A DNA stretch of 64,000 nucleotides from an uncultured Candidatus Saccharibacteria bacterium (GTDB lineage Bacteria; Patescibacteriota; Minisyncoccia; Minisyncoccales; CAZUZH01): assembly GCA_964624815.1 (NCBI GenBank), contig CAZUZH010000001.1, positions 1,090-65,089 on the forward strand, written 5' to 3'. Shown here piece by piece: positions 63,849-64,000 of this stretch. The stretch's first letter is position 1. The number at the start of each line of letters is the position of its first letter. The notes beneath the pieces were generated by a model, which was not told the origin of the DNA, ran no database searches, and worked only from the letters and a program-made list of their open reading frames with translations. Both the position numbers and the translations under genes were made by a program.

Positions 63849-64000
63849 AAAACGCAACCAAGATTAAGGTAGTGGGGGTTGGGGGTTCAGGATCAAACGC
63901 TGTTTCCAGAATGATGAGCTGCAATATTAAAGGCGTGGAACTGGTGGCAGTAAATACTGATGTTCAGGATCTTCAGAAAACCAGAGCTCATCGCAAGATA
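63845..64000 (+). CDS. ftsZ: cell division protein FtsZ (5' partial, runs off the window)
   Basis: [24 protein letters not shown], the tubulin GGGTGSG-type loop. ATGA overlap with the ftsA stop. Confidence 0.8.
   Translation, partial: MKNATKIKVVGVGGSGSNAVSRMMSCNIKGVELVAVNTDVQDLQKTRAHRKI

Overview
This is a 64-kb, AT-rich (about one-third GC), gene-dense window, mostly plus-strand. It has the hallmarks of a reduced-genome bacterium, possibly Patescibacteria/CPR-like: a eukaryote-type IleRS and many small hypothetical or secreted proteins. That lineage assignment is an inference only. Housekeeping content includes seven aminoacyl-tRNA synthetases (argS, ileS, glyQS, metG, leuS, hisS) plus cca, the infC-rpmI-rplT cluster, smpB, topA, dprA, pth, clpP-like, lepB, rpsU, ybeY and ftsA-ftsZ. 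Four tRNA genes are present (Arg-UCG, Pro-CGG, Ala-CGC, Leu-CAA); none encodes CCA.

Three signals stand out. First, two paralogous tmRNA-like structured RNA genes. One is 546 nt at 56572-57117 (plus strand) and contains an internal duplication of a ~230-nt module. The other is a 275-nt version on the minus strand (202-476) lying 2 nt upstream of tRNA-Arg. Each has its own TATAAT promoter, and the two differ by compensatory base changes. Both lack the G3:U70 alanine identity pair and an obvious ALAA-type tag. Second, several families of tiny repeat elements are inserted in-frame into essential genes (polX, glyQS, argS, ileS twice, pth, topA, tatD) and also sit in intergenic DNA. These are A-rich 7-nt-periodic arrays, an AATCCCAATGAC core and GC-rich palindromes, reminiscent of Rickettsia palindromic elements. 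Third, REP-like palindromes (core GCAAACGA-N-CGTTTGC) occur in a module also holding a TGATAAGAT extended -10 placed 6 nt before ATG (leaderless transcripts).

Other items: a duplicated ~104-nt promoter-bearing module flanking rpmI, a decayed rsmI pseudogene, infC with a non-AUG (AUC) start, a higher-GC small-gene islet and an AbiEii-like nucleotidyltransferase pair. No CRISPR array, integrase, transposase or rRNA was seen.
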